A stretch of DNA of 64,000 nucleotides, taken from contig CBFFSA010000010.1 of NCBI GenBank assembly GCA_965644495.1, positions 248,001-312,000 of the forward strand, read 5' to 3'. Below, piece by piece: positions 1 through 12,060 of this stretch (its first letter is position 1; each line of letters opens with the position of its first letter). A program made the translations under genes and the position numbers. Source of the DNA: Perkinsela sp. CCAP 1560/9. Lineage: Eukaryota; Protista; Euglenozoa: Kinetoplastea. Below the pieces are notes generated by a model. The model did no database searches and had not been told where the DNA came from. It saw only the letters and a list, made by a program, of their open reading frames with translations.

Positions 1-742
1 CGATCGGGCCAGCCTCGACGCTTGGCTCGCTGGTACTCTGCTGACTCCCCCCCTGCGAGGGGGATGAGGGTTCAGGGCCCGGGAGGTGGCTATCGGAGGT
101 TGGGATAGGCCGGAGATCGGTAGAAGGGGATTGAAGCTCAGGGCCACGCGGGGAAGTGCCAGTCCGGGGTCGAGATTTACGGGCTTTCCGGTGGGGTCCG
201 GGGTTTGCCTCAATGCATCCTCGGCGGAGGTTGCACAGTACGAGCGCCGCAGTTGGGCCACTTTTTCGCTTTTTCTTCTTCTTTCCGTCCTACTTTTTAT
301 TGGATGGGCCAGAAAACAGCACTTTCAAATAGCAGAGAGGTACAGAAACGTGACGTGGGCTGTTACAGTTCTTGTGGACAAATAAGCCGCACGTCCCTCG
401 GGGGCCATTAGAGAGGCATATTCGATCCATTGGAACCCCTAGGGTGAAAGCTGCGACGTTGAACATCCCTCGAAGGGGGGTTTCCTGGGGGATCGGGACC
501 TGGATATGTCCCACCGCACAGGGGCCCATGTGTAGCTTTATGCACATCCACTCCTCCTGATGGACTTGAGGGAGAGGGGTCTGTGTGTGCGTCGCTTCGG
601 CCCCTGGAGCTGAATCTGCCGATGGGTTTTCGGGACCCTGGGATGCAATTTCGTCAACGAAACCCTTCGAGTTCAGGGGGCCCGTGGAAAGAGGTGACCC
701 CGGCCAAGTTGAATTGACTTTCCCTTCGATGCACGTACCCAT
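1..742 (-). pseudogene. Decayed ORF with a 2A-like motif (GCIEANPGP), possibly the N-terminal part of a non-LTR retroelement running out of the window
   Basis: The frame of ORF 290..742 continues past one stop into AALVLCNLRRGCIEANPGP (motif at 194-220). No RT or endonuclease is visible inside the window. Confidence 0.35.
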
Positions 743-2214
743 TCGCGGTTTGTGTCATATAGCTTACAGAACAATTCATCCACATAAAACATGAGTTCTG
801 AGAGAATGTGGGAATACTTTTTACAAACCAGCCTTCTTCACTTCAGGAGGGGAAACCGTGTAATCGGATGTAGAAGCTCGGACAGTAGATCCGTTGTCAC
901 GCAAGAATCTGCCTGCCCAAGAGCAGCTTATGACCCAGAAAGTTCAGACCGATCTCTACACAATATCCCTCGAGCCATGCTTGTAACCAAGTATGCACCA
1001 AACAGGTTTGTTTAACACATTGTACATCTTAATGCCATCTAAAACATAATTCTTTTCTGCATCCGTAAGCATGTCTTTTCGGCACGTTTACCGGAAGGAG
1101 CATGGTCTTTCAAAGCATAGGCACTTCGTTCAGACATTTTCTTACTGTGCGTTTGATTCCAAATCTGCATGCTAGTCAAATTTTGACTAGCATGCAGATT
1201 TTGACAAAACGGAACGACTCTCACAAAGTGCTTGGAATTCACGTACTTCTTCACCACTCCACTTATTTATCTCTTTGCTTTGCGCGATGAGCGTTTTGCT
1301 TCAAGTTCCTCCACAAGATCTGCCACATGCCGTGATATGTAAAAATTCTTTGAGGCAAGTGTCGACTGCGACGGGGCCATAGCAGGAAAAAGTAATCAAA
1401 AATGAAGAATTTCTCCACAAAAAAATTAAAAATTAGTTATTGCACTAATTAAATGTGCAATGATTTTTCACCGCAGTAATTATGGATCGGACGAGAATTG
1501 CCCACAACGGGCGACGCACAAAGTACTCTGATTGATGCACGAAATAATCCACGGAATCGCACAGACAAATCTTCACGTTGGAGGCGAATTGCTTCTTTAC
1601 GCAATGTGACATGTCCACATGTTCAGAATCTTCGTCTTCAGCGAGAAGAGCATCACTACTTTCAACACTTATTGAACGCGGCGCATCAGTGCTTCGCGCC
1701 GTCCAACAAAAAGATAACGAAAATTGACGGCGTAGAATTATCGTCCCAGAAAACTGGTGTGCCGTCGCCGTTAAGACTAAATAAACCTCCATGAAATTTA
1801 CATGCTATCATTTGACACCCCCTTGCGCTCCGCAATAATGAACTTGTTACGCTCTTCATGCAATGAAGTTTCGACGTAACTGAGAAAAAGAGATTCATGT
1901 TCACTCGCAAATGATTTGAACATATTTATTAAGCGTTCTCTAAAAAAAGAATTTTCCTCTCCATTTTCTGAACGGGATGTAAGAAAACGCCGCTTTTTCT
2001 CCATCCATCGAGGGGGGGTCGGCCGGATAGGCTAGTAAATTGTTCAATACTGCCTACGTTGTGATCTTGTCGCCTTTTCCCCCGTCGTGCGAGTAAACCA
2101 ATGAGATGACATGCGAATAAACCAAAACGCTTAAAAACAATTTATAATTATGAAAACACTATGAAAGGATTATAAACCATAAATAATTACAAATTTATAC
2201 TTATTAATGTAACC

Positions 2215-2645
2215 CTATTGTTTTTGACAGTTTCTGACTTATACTAGCTTTCTTTGCAGTTATTTTCGCCAGATATCCCTTCTTCGATCCGTGGTATGCC
2301 CCCCAAAACGACACACTTTTGGTTAAAAAAGGTGGAAAAGTATTTTTCGGACCTCAAGGGGCCTTTTTCGAAAGAATGGTGCGGATGGAGTCACGTTCTC
2401 TACCCAACACGTTCCGTAGGCTTTCATTCATGCCTACGAGTGATCTCCCACACGCGAATGTCGGATTTAGTGCTCTGAGAGCAAATATACGCAAAAATTA
2501 CCCTATTTTTACCCAAGTTTTGGCTATTTTTGGCTATAATCTTTCTGTTTTCAGCTTTCCAGGCTAAGTTTTCTTTTTTAGGCTCTTCGTTAAACGCGGT
2601 GGTAGTTTTCAACGCGAAGCGCGCAGCATGAGTGACTTCTAAATA
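2215..2645 (+). repeat. Dispersed repeat family A, copy 1
   Basis: Reverse-complement homolog of 8330-8770 (shared TTTAGTGCTCTGAGAGCAAATATACGCAAAA and TCTTCGTTAAACGCGGTGGTAGTTTTCAAC). Followed by 3x CTTCTAARTATAAAGGCG at about 2636-2705. Confidence 0.85.
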
Positions 2646-3224
2646 TAAAGGCGTATCTTCTAAGTATAAAGGCGCATAAATATTATCTTCTAAATATAAA
2701 GGCGGGATGGGAAGATTCAAAATTTCTCAGCTGCAATACATCTGAAGTGCAAGATGAAGATCAAGTAAACATGTAGTATTTGTCAGGTTTGCGTTTCATA
2801 AGTTTCAACCCTCTTATTGTACATACTGGTCTTATGTATTGTTTTCCACTAGATGCCATTTTATCAATGGCGAAGAGACAGAAACATGTGTGATGAAGCT
2901 TATGATTCACTACGTTAGTCGTTAGTGCATATTACTGGACCTGTAAACATATTCTTTCTTTGCATGATGATATTTTAATTAGAAGTTTGAACAACTACAT
3001 GAAACATCTTTGAGGCTTTGCATGGACTGATGCATGAAATATACAATCAATCTATATATTTACAAAGTCTTCTTACGGCGCATCGTTTACAGACATTTAC
3101 CCGGATTTTGATCGTTTTTGTTTCTAATTCCTCAAAATTCTTGCTAATTCTTGCTAATTTTTCCCTTTTTAACGTAAACCCCCCCTCCCATTAGTATTAC
3201 AATAATTTTTTGTAATACTAATTG

Positions 3225-3350
3225 CGGTGGTTGTATAACTTCCGCTCTACACTCGATTATTGAAAAAAAAGTGAACAAAAACAGTGAAAATATAAGAGGA
3301 ACACAGTAATAAATTTTCTATAATAGAAGAAAATACAAAGGGGCTCCTTG
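3225..3350. repeat. Dispersed repeat family B (also 9790-9915 inverted and pieces at 63010-63235)
   Basis: GCGGTGGTTGTATAACTTCCGCTCTAC...AAAAAGTGAACAAAAACAGTGAAAAT is the reverse complement of 9845-9915. Confidence 0.75.
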
Positions 3351-3354
3351 ACTG

Positions 3355-3960
3355 AAAAGCTCCCATACGACCGCTCATGCTCTGAGGTATTTCATCAATA
3401 TTTATAACTCCGTCGACGAAAGGAAGATGTTTAAATACTGATGTATGAAATCGTAGAGCCTTTGCGAAAATCTCATTGTCCGACAAAGTCGAACATCGTT
3501 TGATAGCCCGGACACTGAGTTCCTCGCGCTTCATAATTTTTGATACGTAACTCATAGTTACCTGAAATTTTCCCCCACATTGCCGTTGAAGATGCTCACT
3601 TTGTGAGAGTTGATGGTTTAAAAATCAAGCAGGGAAATTTTGTCAACGAATCGGTATCAAAGAAAACTTTAAGAGTCGAATCGAGAGTTGCATAGCGGCG
3701 CGCATCTTTTACTCTTGGGGATCGGGAAATGGACAATGCTGGGTTAGTAGTGGGCTGTGTCGCCCAAGTTTTCCTCCAGTCGTCAAGTTGTTGGCGACGA
3801 TACAAGTTAAGTCTGGGAATGCTCGTAGCATCAAACTCGAACTAGTGCCCAACTCATTTCGGCGTTCTCGGTGCCAGCCAAGGAAGAACCGAGGTATTGA
3901 TCGTGCAGATGTACCGCCTTTAGTTTCTGCAAGGAACTTCCTGCAATCCCAATAGTTTTT
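3355..3960 (-). pseudogene. pogo/Tigger-like transposase remnant (HTH, CENP-B HTH, start of DDE)
   Basis: Frameshifted pieces LQKLKAV..RQQLDDWRK, RRYATLDSTLKVFF, FQVTMSYVSKIMKREELSVR and INIDEIP occur in the order expected for pogo transposases. Confidence 0.6.
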
Positions 3961-4019
3961 CCATTTCTATTATTATTATTACCTTCGAAAGTACCCACCA
4001 CAGCCTCGACTTCATTCGT

Positions 4020-4190
4020 AGGTAGAACACTTTGATTGAGGGCAATTTGAATGCCCATCAGTACGCTGAAATTTTGAATCCAAATCTTGTCCCCTCCATT
4101 GAGCAAGTGGGACTAGACCCCGACGAGGTCTTGTTTCAGGGAAAGTTGGCGTGTCCTATGGACCAATCTGGACCTCTATGGACGAATTAT
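4020..4190 (+). pseudogene. Tc1-like transposase fragment
   Basis: IEGNLNAHQYAEILNPNLVPSIEQVGLDPDEVLFQ matches the Tc1 segment preceding QDN. Confidence 0.7.
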
Positions 4191-4819
4191 GGAAAATCTC
4201 CTCTACGTGATGATATTTTAATTAGAAGTTTGAATTGTTCATTGAATGAAACGTTTTAGCGAGGCTTTGCATGGACTGACTTCCAATATTAATTTATAGA
4301 TCCAAAAGGAATGCCTAGCACAATCGTGTAGTGCACATTTGTGGAAGTATATCACATCATGGAAGAATACAATGCGAAGTATACAATACGATGTATGGTG
4401 CATGATACATTGTATAACGTGCATCTAAACAGTATTTTTTATTGGATAAGAAAAATTGGTCTATATTATTAGCACTGTCTGTGGGTATAGTGTAACCGTT
4501 TAGCACAATTATAAAAAACCTTTTTGCCACAGATTATACCACGTATCTCTCTGTTTGCATCAAGGTTTGTGGACTTGTGCGAGAAGATATGTCTTATGTT
4601 AACTCCGAAACTTTTTTTTCTTGCGAAAAATTCGCCGAAGCACTTTCAACTTTGCGAGTCTCTCCGTTATTTCTATAATTTTGGACCACGAGGCTCCGGT
4701 TACATGCACTGAGGTTTTTACTGAATCTTTTTACGTCATGGGAAAGAAATTATCGAGATTTAGAACTAAAATCATTTTTTTGTCTATTTTCAGAATACAT
4801 TTGACCTGGAATATTCTTC

Positions 4820-5720
4820 CTTATACCCTTCTCCACCCATCCTCTACTCCACACCTTTGTTTCCTACCCCCACCTCACTCCCCATGCCCTGCCCCACCCT
4901 TCTCGATCCCACCCTCCCCCGTCCCCCCCGTCTCCACCCCTCCTCCCCCTTCTCCCCCCCCTCCCCCCTCCACCCCCCCTACATGGACGAGCGCCCCCTC
5001 CACGGCCCCGCCCGTCTCCCCTCCCCCCGCCTGGCCTACCCCCTCCCCCGCGCCCCCTTCCCCCGGGCCTCCCTCCCCCCCCTCTCCCACAAGCACGGGA
5101 CCACCACGCTGGGAATGCGCCTCGACTCCGGGGTCGTGCTCGCGGTGGACTCCCGCGCGAGCACCGGGCAGTACGTCGCCTCCCAGACCGTGCGCAAGGT
5201 GCTGGAGATCAACCCGTACCTGCTGGGGACCATGGCCGGGGGGGCCGCGGACTGCCAGTTCTGGTTCCGCGTGCTCGCCCGGGAGTGCCGCCTGTGGGAG
5301 CTGCGGAACGGGACCCGCATCTCCGTCGGCGCGGCCTCCAAGATTTTGGCCAATATTACCTACGGCTACCGTAACTACGGGCTGTCGATGGGGAGTATGG
5401 TCGCGGGGTATGACCAGCAAAAAGGGTACGGGTTGTACTATGTGGATGACCAGGGGGATCGGATCGCGCATTCGGTCTTCGCGGTGGGGAGTGGGTCGGT
5501 TTTTGCCTATGGGGTTGTGGATGCGGAGTACCGTCCCGGGATGGGGTTGGAAGAGGGGGTGGAACTCGCCCGGCGGGCGATTTACCACGCCACCACCCGG
5601 GATTGTTTTTCAGGGGGGATTGTGACGGTGTATGTCGTCACGAGTAAGGGGTGGACGAGGGTGAGTAGTGAGGACCAGACCGAGCTGAAAAAGAGGTACG
5701 GGTAGGGTGGAGAGGGGCGT
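4820..5720. other. C-to-G skew-switch island 1 (centre about 5230)
   Basis: Poly-C tracts at 4820-5100, then G/T-rich with G/T-ending codons at 5350-5720. Confidence 0.9.
4884..5705 (+). CDS. PSMB5: 20S proteasome subunit beta 5 (chymotrypsin-like)
   Basis: HG|TTTLG propeptide cleavage site, AVDSRAS, GTMAGGAADCQFW, GLSMGSM, GSGS, RDCFSGG. Start at ATG 4884 or 4983. Confidence 0.97.
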   Translation: MPCPTLLDPTLPRPPRLHPSSPFSPPSPLHPPYMDERPLHGPARLPSPRLAYPLPRAPFPRASLPPLSHKHGTTTLGMRLDSGVVLAVDSRASTGQYVASQTVRKVLEINPYLLGTMAGGAADCQFWFRVLARECRLWELRNGTRISVGAASKILANITYGYRNYGLSMGSMVAGYDQQKGYGLYYVDDQGDRIAHSVFAVGSGSVFAYGVVDAEYRPGMGLEEGVELARRAIYHATTRDCFSGGIVTVYVVTSKGWTRVSSEDQTELKKRYG

Positions 5721-6019
5721 GCTGTTTTTTACAAAGAGGTAAGGTCAATGAAGAGTGCTGGGAAGGAAGATTGTGTTGGGGTTTGCTGAGGATGGCGAAT
5801 AGTAAAAAAGGATTTTATTTATAAGGAGTCGCTACGCAGAGATTTTCAGCATGATTCGGCGTATGAGCTTACATCGAAAACGATTGTGCCGAACACTTTC
5901 TCATAATTATCAAGGATCTTTTGCAAGAGAGATTTTCTGCAACATTTTTTGTTTTTCGTTTATTGTAAGAGTTAAGTGTATTAAAAAAGTGCTAGTGTGT
6001 TATTTACAATTTGTAACAA

Positions 6020-6487
6020 ATGAAATTAAAGGCGGGACCCACACGCATGCTTCGTCGCAAAAAGCGACATCAACAATATACTAAAGAGAAACAAAAAAAG
6101 AGGTCGGTTGTGGGGGAAGAAATTTCAGCAACCGACCTTGAAAAACACTTAGAGTCAATGCTAGATATCCGACAGAGGACTCGACCGCGACGAGGGATTC
6201 ATAAACAAGGTAAATTTCCCACTCTGCGAAATAATTCCTCTTCCACAGACTCGCCTCCTATGCGTCCTAAAGCGAAACGACGGAATCGAGAGCTTAGGCT
6301 CGACGTAACATTCAACCAGAAAACAGAGAAAGAGCAGACCCATGAAACAATGGGGAGGAAGAAGGCGCTACGCAAGGGTCGAAAATCCCAAAGAGGAGAG
6401 CAGGTCGCCGATAGACTCGCAGGAAAATACGAAAAAAAGCAAAACTCTCTAAGAGAGCGAAACAGGGCAAAACATGATGAATGGTAA
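6020..6487 (+). CDS. Small Lys/Arg-rich protein, possibly an Alb1/Ecm1-like 60S biogenesis factor
   Basis: 155-aa basic ORF on the genic strand. C-terminus RGEQVADRLAGKYEKKQ...W loosely resembles Alb1. Confidence 0.5.
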   Translation: MKLKAGPTRMLRRKKRHQQYTKEKQKKRSVVGEEISATDLEKHLESMLDIRQRTRPRRGIHKQGKFPTLRNNSSSTDSPPMRPKAKRRNRELRLDVTFNQKTEKEQTHETMGRKKALRKGRKSQRGEQVADRLAGKYEKKQNSLRERNRAKHDEW

Positions 6488-6625
6488 CGTATCATTTCCA
6501 CATGTAATTCTACACATGTACAATTTTATGATGACACCCTTTTAATCCTTATTACTCACTACAATTTCACCTTTTTCTCAACACCGTTCTCTCTTACCCA
6601 TCTACTCCATTTTACGACTCACGCA

Positions 6626-7228
6626 ATGACGTTTCAGTTCCTCTTCCTCCCCGTCTGTCTTCTAGCTGAAGACGGGCCCCTACGACCCGCCAAAGTTCGT
6701 CGTGCGGCCCTCCCGCAGGAGTACCAACTGATTAATTTCCTACAAAGCGCTGAAAACCTCAAGCCCTCCTGGACCCCAGATCGCCCTCTGAGCGAGTGGC
6801 AAGGCGTCATGGTGAGCCCCCAGGGGGCGAAGCGTCTGCATTGGTCAGATTATCAGATCCGAGGGCAGTTGTCCTGGACTTGTCTTCCCCTCACGTTGGA
6901 GCACGTGATTCTCTCGCATAACGGACTGGAAGGGGACACGAATCTCACTATGTTGCCACCGCACCTGGTGACGCTCGCGATCGACAATAACCGGTTTGTG
7001 GGCTGTCCCGAGCTAACGCAGCTTCCCCCCACCTTGGTGAGTTTAAAATTCGGATACAACGACTTTTCCGGAGACGTAGACTTCGGTAGTCTGCCCAATG
7101 GAATGATGCACTTGCATGGGGAGTTCAATGGTAATATGGGTGGAATCATCAGTGTCAGAGACCTGCCGCATCCGCTACGAACTGGGAGCTACCTGTTTGT
7201 GGGAACAAGGGTTGAAGTGAATTATTAG
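6626..7228 (+). CDS. Leucine-rich repeat protein (plant-like LRR with N-cap)
   Basis: SW..D.PLSEWQGV cap and repeats of L..L.LS.N.L.G...LT.LP..L. Confidence 0.9.
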   Translation: MTFQFLFLPVCLLAEDGPLRPAKVRRAALPQEYQLINFLQSAENLKPSWTPDRPLSEWQGVMVSPQGAKRLHWSDYQIRGQLSWTCLPLTLEHVILSHNGLEGDTNLTMLPPHLVTLAIDNNRFVGCPELTQLPPTLVSLKFGYNDFSGDVDFGSLPNGMMHLHGEFNGNMGGIISVRDLPHPLRTGSYLFVGTRVEVNY

Positions 7229-7639
7229 CTGAGTTCAACGAAAATTATGAGTGAGTACTCGCATATTTTCTTTTTGGGAGTTAAGAAACAGTAATGGTGT
7301 TTGTTTTCAACTGGACTGTTGGATACTGGACGTTCGCTATGTGACTGTAACAAAAACATCAAAATAAGTTCTATCCTTTTCTTGATTTTTATTTATTTCC
7401 AATAAATACTACCTCTATTTCGAAGCTAGTCGCTCCCAACACAAAGAAATGAAAATTGATTTACTTCTCACTTCAATATCTTCAGACTTTTCTTACCCGA
7501 ATTATCAGACTTAAAGATGAATGCATGTCGAATGCGTCTGCAAGTTCTCCAGAACTTGTAGCATAGCATCACCACTGTTCCTCTGCGAACTTCCGTTACA
7601 CTTTCCTTACACGACAAGAAAGCCGAGGACACCATTGAC

Positions 7640-8100
7640 GAGACATTAAACGCTTTGTAACGCGTGTAATAGATCGGAGACAGAAAAAACTAAGCTCCTG
7701 CATGCAAAACACCAACCAATATGTTTTGATGTTTCACGTTATCGATTCCTCCGTCCACAGCTAGACCAAAGAAGTCACTTTCAGAGACCGCCTTATGAAC
7801 TAGCCCCCATATTTCGGTAGCCAGGACTTTCTCGGACAGGTGATATTTTTTGGTACACGGTAACTTCGAAAGAATTAGGTCTGGGGAAATGTCAGGGCGT
7901 GATCCTTCGTATGCACTCACAAACTTTAGAAGGCCCTCGGTCGACGCATTAGTTTGTGCTTCGAGGCACGGCAATGCTGCCAAGAGAGTATGTGAAAGAG
8001 GCTTCATTCCCTCGCGGTGTGGAAGAAATTTAATAGTTTTGTTATCAGAAATGTCCCTCCCGGAGGACATTCTTAATGTTAATGTCTTGAGGGATTGCGG
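7640..8100 (-). pseudogene. hAT-like transposase fragment
   Basis: FFGLAVDGGID...VLHAGA*VFLSPIYYTRYKAFN is homologous to the hAT remnant at 49690-50300. Confidence 0.7.
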
Positions 8101-8236
8101 GTGGGCGATGAGGAGGTCTCGGAATAGGTAAATAGTAAGTTTCCGACGGGCGATCGTCCTCTCATTAATTGGAAGTTTTCGGAGGAATAAAATAATGCTA
8201 AATAGCACCCTAAAGAGCAATGAACATAAAACTAAT

Positions 8237-10222
8237 CCACCGTCCGGGTTATTATACCTAGGAGGTATAATAAGTGTCCCTAGGTATAATCTTTTTTAGG
8301 TTCTTCGTTAAACGCGGTGGTTGTTTTCAACTTAGAAGTCACTCACGCTGCGAGCTTCGCGTTGAAAACTACCACCGCGTTTAACGAAGAGCCTAAAAAA
8401 GAAAATTTGGCCTGGTTAACTGAAGAAGGAGAGAGTATAGCCAAAAATAGCCGATTTTTGAGTACAAATGGGGTGATTTTTGCGTATATTTGCTCTCAGA
8501 GCACTAAATCTGATATTTGCGTGTGGGAAATCATTCGTAGGCGTGAATGGAAGCCTACCGAACATATTGGGTACAGAATGCGACTCCAACCACACCATTC
8601 TTTTGACATAAAATGACCCTTTTGGGTCCGAAAATTACTTTTTCGCACTTTTTGGTCAAAAATGGGCCATTTTGGGAGGCGTGCCACGGCTAGAAGAAGG
8701 GGTATCTGGCGAAAACGACGGTGTAGAAGGCTAGTATAGGTCCCAAACTCTCAAAATACAATAGTGAAAAAATTGTTGAAATAATATTTTGGGTATTCTA
8801 TGGTGAAAATGTACCCCAATTTTTTGAATTTTTCTCCGTTTTTCACTTAAATTTTTAGAAACAAAAATGATCTTTCATTGATCAAATTCGGCTATTCTAT
8901 TGACTTTTCACCCATTTTTGTCCACGTTTCGAATCCCCTCTTCTCTCTATGAATCGTGTGGGGTGCATAATGTTTTCATTCTTGGTGTTTCTCAGCTTAA
9001 TATTACGAAAAACGGAAGAAAATCTGCCTATATGTCTTTAGAAACACTTGTGTGGGCGAATACACCACGTATTATCTGTGGCGAGATACCACGTAAAAAC
9101 AAACGTTTCAAGAAGCTTGAAGACGGTATAAAGTGCCATTTAACGGTTCCCAAGTTTTGGCCTTTTTCCTCTCTAAATCCTGCCTAGTCGCCAAATTGCG
9201 TATTTGGCGACTCATTACTCAGCAAACGTCGCCGCTTTTTTCAGATGCGCTCCGATATTATGAAACCTGCGTTAATTTTTAACGTTCTACATAGTCTCAG
9301 CACGCGAATGAGGTAATCAATTTATCTTGTTTAGTAAGGGAACTTCGTGTCGACGAAGATCAATCGGTTCATTTGAAATCTGAGATTACCACTGATAATC
9401 TTACAGGGTATCGATGAATTTTATTGTATATATCAGGGAAAACTGTCGCAAAGTGTCTTAGAATATCTTAGAATAATGCCAAATCACATTGAGTGATTCA
9501 ACACCAAGAATTGAGAATCAAGAAGAGATGATTCAACACCAAGTTGAATTTTTTTTCAATTTTTTTTTCGAAAAAATCCGAACTTAGCGGACCCGTCCTG
9601 CGGATACGAGGGGGGGTCACCCCCGGGTAGGGGGGTGGAAAATACGCGCCAAGACCCCGGCTACCCCTTCTGCGGTTTTGTTTCGAAAAATATTTTTTTC
9701 AAAAAAAATTCGTGCGGTATGCCCCCCCCCCCATGGACCCCCCCCATGGACCCCCCAAGGGTCCGATTTTATTTGAAAATTTTTGGACCACCGGAGCCCC
9801 TTTTATAAATTTTTCTTCTATTATATGACTGTTTTCCACTTTAGATTTTCACTGTTTTTGTTCACTTTTTTTGCAATAATCGAGGGTAGAGCGGTAGTTA
9901 TACAACCACCGCAATAAGTGTCCCTAGGTATAATAACTTTGCTTTGTAAAAAGGGTAAAAAAAATCGAAAATCCAAATAGCGCAGATTCCGTGCCTGCAC
10001 GTTCATGAGCCCTGTTCGAGAGATCTCGAATGCGCTATAACTTTCGAAAATGGGCCAAGTTTTACAAATTTTAGACCCCTCCAACATCCAAATTTACGGT
10101 CATGTAAGTTCTGTACCTGCCTCTGATGCGGTAGGGGGGGAGGTATAATAAGGACCCTAGGGACACTTATTATACGTAGGAGGTACAATAGGTGTCCCTA
10201 GGTATAATAACCCGGACGGTGG
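8237..10222. mobile_element. Non-autonomous TIR element (composite)
   Basis: Perfect 26-bp TIR CCACCGTCCGGGTTATTATACCTAGG at both ends, with subterminal AGGTATAATAAGTGTCCCTAGG repeats. Contains repeat A, repeat B and a Tc1-TIR-like piece (about 10010-10085). No clear TSD. Confidence 0.85.
8291..8770 (-). repeat. Dispersed repeat family A, copy 2, with a 41-bp-arm hairpin at about 8291-8401
   Basis: CTTTTTTAGGTTCTTCGTTAAACGCGGTGGTTGTTTTCAAC...GTTGAAAACTACCACCGCGTTTAACGAAGAGCCTAAAAAAG. Confidence 0.9.
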
Positions 10223-10964
10223 TTTATATTCATAGTGTGCAGAACAGAACAGTAAGCTGTTGTTTAAACTGTTGTTTAAAGACTTTTCTTGAACTAGATA
10301 TCCTAATTGTAGGGAATATCTTTCTTGCGAGAGTAGTCAGTTAAATTTGTTAATACGTGGTAAAATACCACATATTACCCACCAGGGTATGCTTTATCCC
10401 ATGCATTAAAAAAAATATGCTTTATCCCAAACAAAATATCCACTGCGAGAAAACAGCGAAGGTGATTTCCTTGAAGGTAATTCGGCTTTAGTGCGACTTC
10501 TGAGTTACCGGCTCTGATGCCCGCCGCCAAGGCAAACATGTGCATCCGGGTGTTTCTGTGTCGTTTTCTGTGTTTCTGTGTCGGTCCGCTGGACGCTCAA
10601 CGCTGCAATTAAGCAGTACTCATCGTTTCCTTTCGTAAAAGGGGAATAACGTCTGGAGAGGAGGCTGGAGCGGTAGGTTGCGCGGTAGGGCAGAGGGAAC
10701 ATGATATGGGGGAGTGGTAGGGGGATAGGATGTAGCGGAGAGAGAGGGAGCGGTTGGCGAAGGAGAAGAAGACAAGGTACCATTACTCCCCTTACTTATT
10801 CCAAAAACGCCAACTAAAACGTATTTTGTGACCTCAGCTACCATTCTACGACGTTTTTTGATCAGATTTGCCCCGTATCACTCCTGGTAAGGCATCAAAG
10901 ACGACTAAAATCTGGGGTAAAATTCGTGTATTTTTACCCAAGTTATAGGATTATTCATGATCTT

Positions 10965-11130
10965 TCAGAAGCTTTCCTTTTTTAGTCGCTTCGTTAGATG
11001 CCGAGGTAGTTTTGAACGCGAAGCGAGCAGCAGTGGTGCCTTCTAAGTTGAATTTACAACGCGAAGCTCGCAGCGTGAGTGAGTTCTAAGTTGAAAACAA
11101 CCACCGCGTTTAGCGAAGAAACCAAAATAT
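10965..11130 (+). repeat. Repeat family A, copy 3 (hairpin with duplicated loop)
   Basis: AACGCGAAGC..GCAGC...TTCTAAGTTGAA occurs twice, followed by AACAACCACCGCGTTTA. Confidence 0.75.
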
Positions 11131-11259
11131 AACTCATCCACACTATTTAAAACCATATTAAAAACGAATAAAAACATGAGACGCCGCGTAAAAGAATATT
11201 ACGTAAAAGAATGCTACCTTAAAAAGTTCTTCCCTTTTCTAGAAAATACACTCTTTTCC

Positions 11260-12060
11260 CTTCCTTTCTCGCTCTCCTTCCCCCCTCTCATGTCTGTCTT
11301 TACACCGATCCACCCTCTCTTCCCCTAAAACCACCTCCGTCATCCCCACCCCATCTCCCCTAGGACAATGAAACCCGCCCTCTTCGCCCCAACCCCCTAT
11401 CTTCGCCGCTCTGCCTTCTCCTCCTCTCTCACCCCCCTGTCTCTGCCCTCCTCGTTATCCCCCACCTCTCCTTCACCCCCTACTACCCCCCATGACCTTC
11501 GCCGTACCCACTGCATCCTGTGCCGTCTCCCCGTCCCCCGCTGGGTCCCCCACCTGCTCACCCCGCGCCACATCGCGCTCCGCACCCTCGGGTCCCACTT
11601 CCACTCCTTCCAGCCCGCCCGGTCCCGCCACCTGCTGGAGACCGGGCTGCAGGCCGCGCTGGGGATCTCCTCCTCCGTGCTCGCCCAAGAACGGACCTTC
11701 CCGAACGAGACCCGGCGGTACCAGCTCGCGGCCCTGGTGGAGCAGCTGCTCGGGCAGGAGGTGTTCCCGATGGGGGGGGAGGAGCAGGAGGGGGGAAGAA
11801 AGGAAAGCCAAACCGCAAAGGGGTCCCCGGTATCCAGGGGAACCCCGGGAACCAATATCTCGAAAGTATACGAATACCGCGGTAGGGCGGTATTACGACG
11901 AGAGGTTACGTTGTTGCTGTTTCGGCTGTACCCTCATTGGAATGCGATCCAAATTGGGGCCCTGGCTCAGGAAGTGGTCTCGGATAAGAATGTAAAAGCT
12001 GTGGCCGAGGTCCTGGGGATGGATCGTAAAGCCCAGGGGTACCTCCTCGCGGTGATGGGC
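11260..12060. other. C-to-G skew-switch island 2 (centre about 11700)
   Basis: C-rich 11260-11640, G-rich 11730-12060. Confidence 0.85.

Noticed and set aside
339-349. Short SL-core-like matches (here on -, and at about 2228-2240)
   Set aside because: Only about 10 nt match and there is no junction context; expected by chance.
1445-2004. Short ORFs here and at 41361-41774, 42347-42701, 47630-47857 and 52173-52463
   Set aside because: No recognisable motifs, and they are antisense and fragmentary, so a gene call cannot be supported.
3831-3960. QYLGS as an RT thumb motif
   Set aside because: The surrounding frames fit a pogo N-terminal HTH better.
4621-5625. Long overlapping Pro/Gly-rich ORFs in alternative frames (also around 11.4-12, 13.3-14.1, 22.5-23.9 and 40.1-40.8 kb)
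   Set aside because: Shadow ORFs caused by stop-codon scarcity in the C/G-skewed islands.
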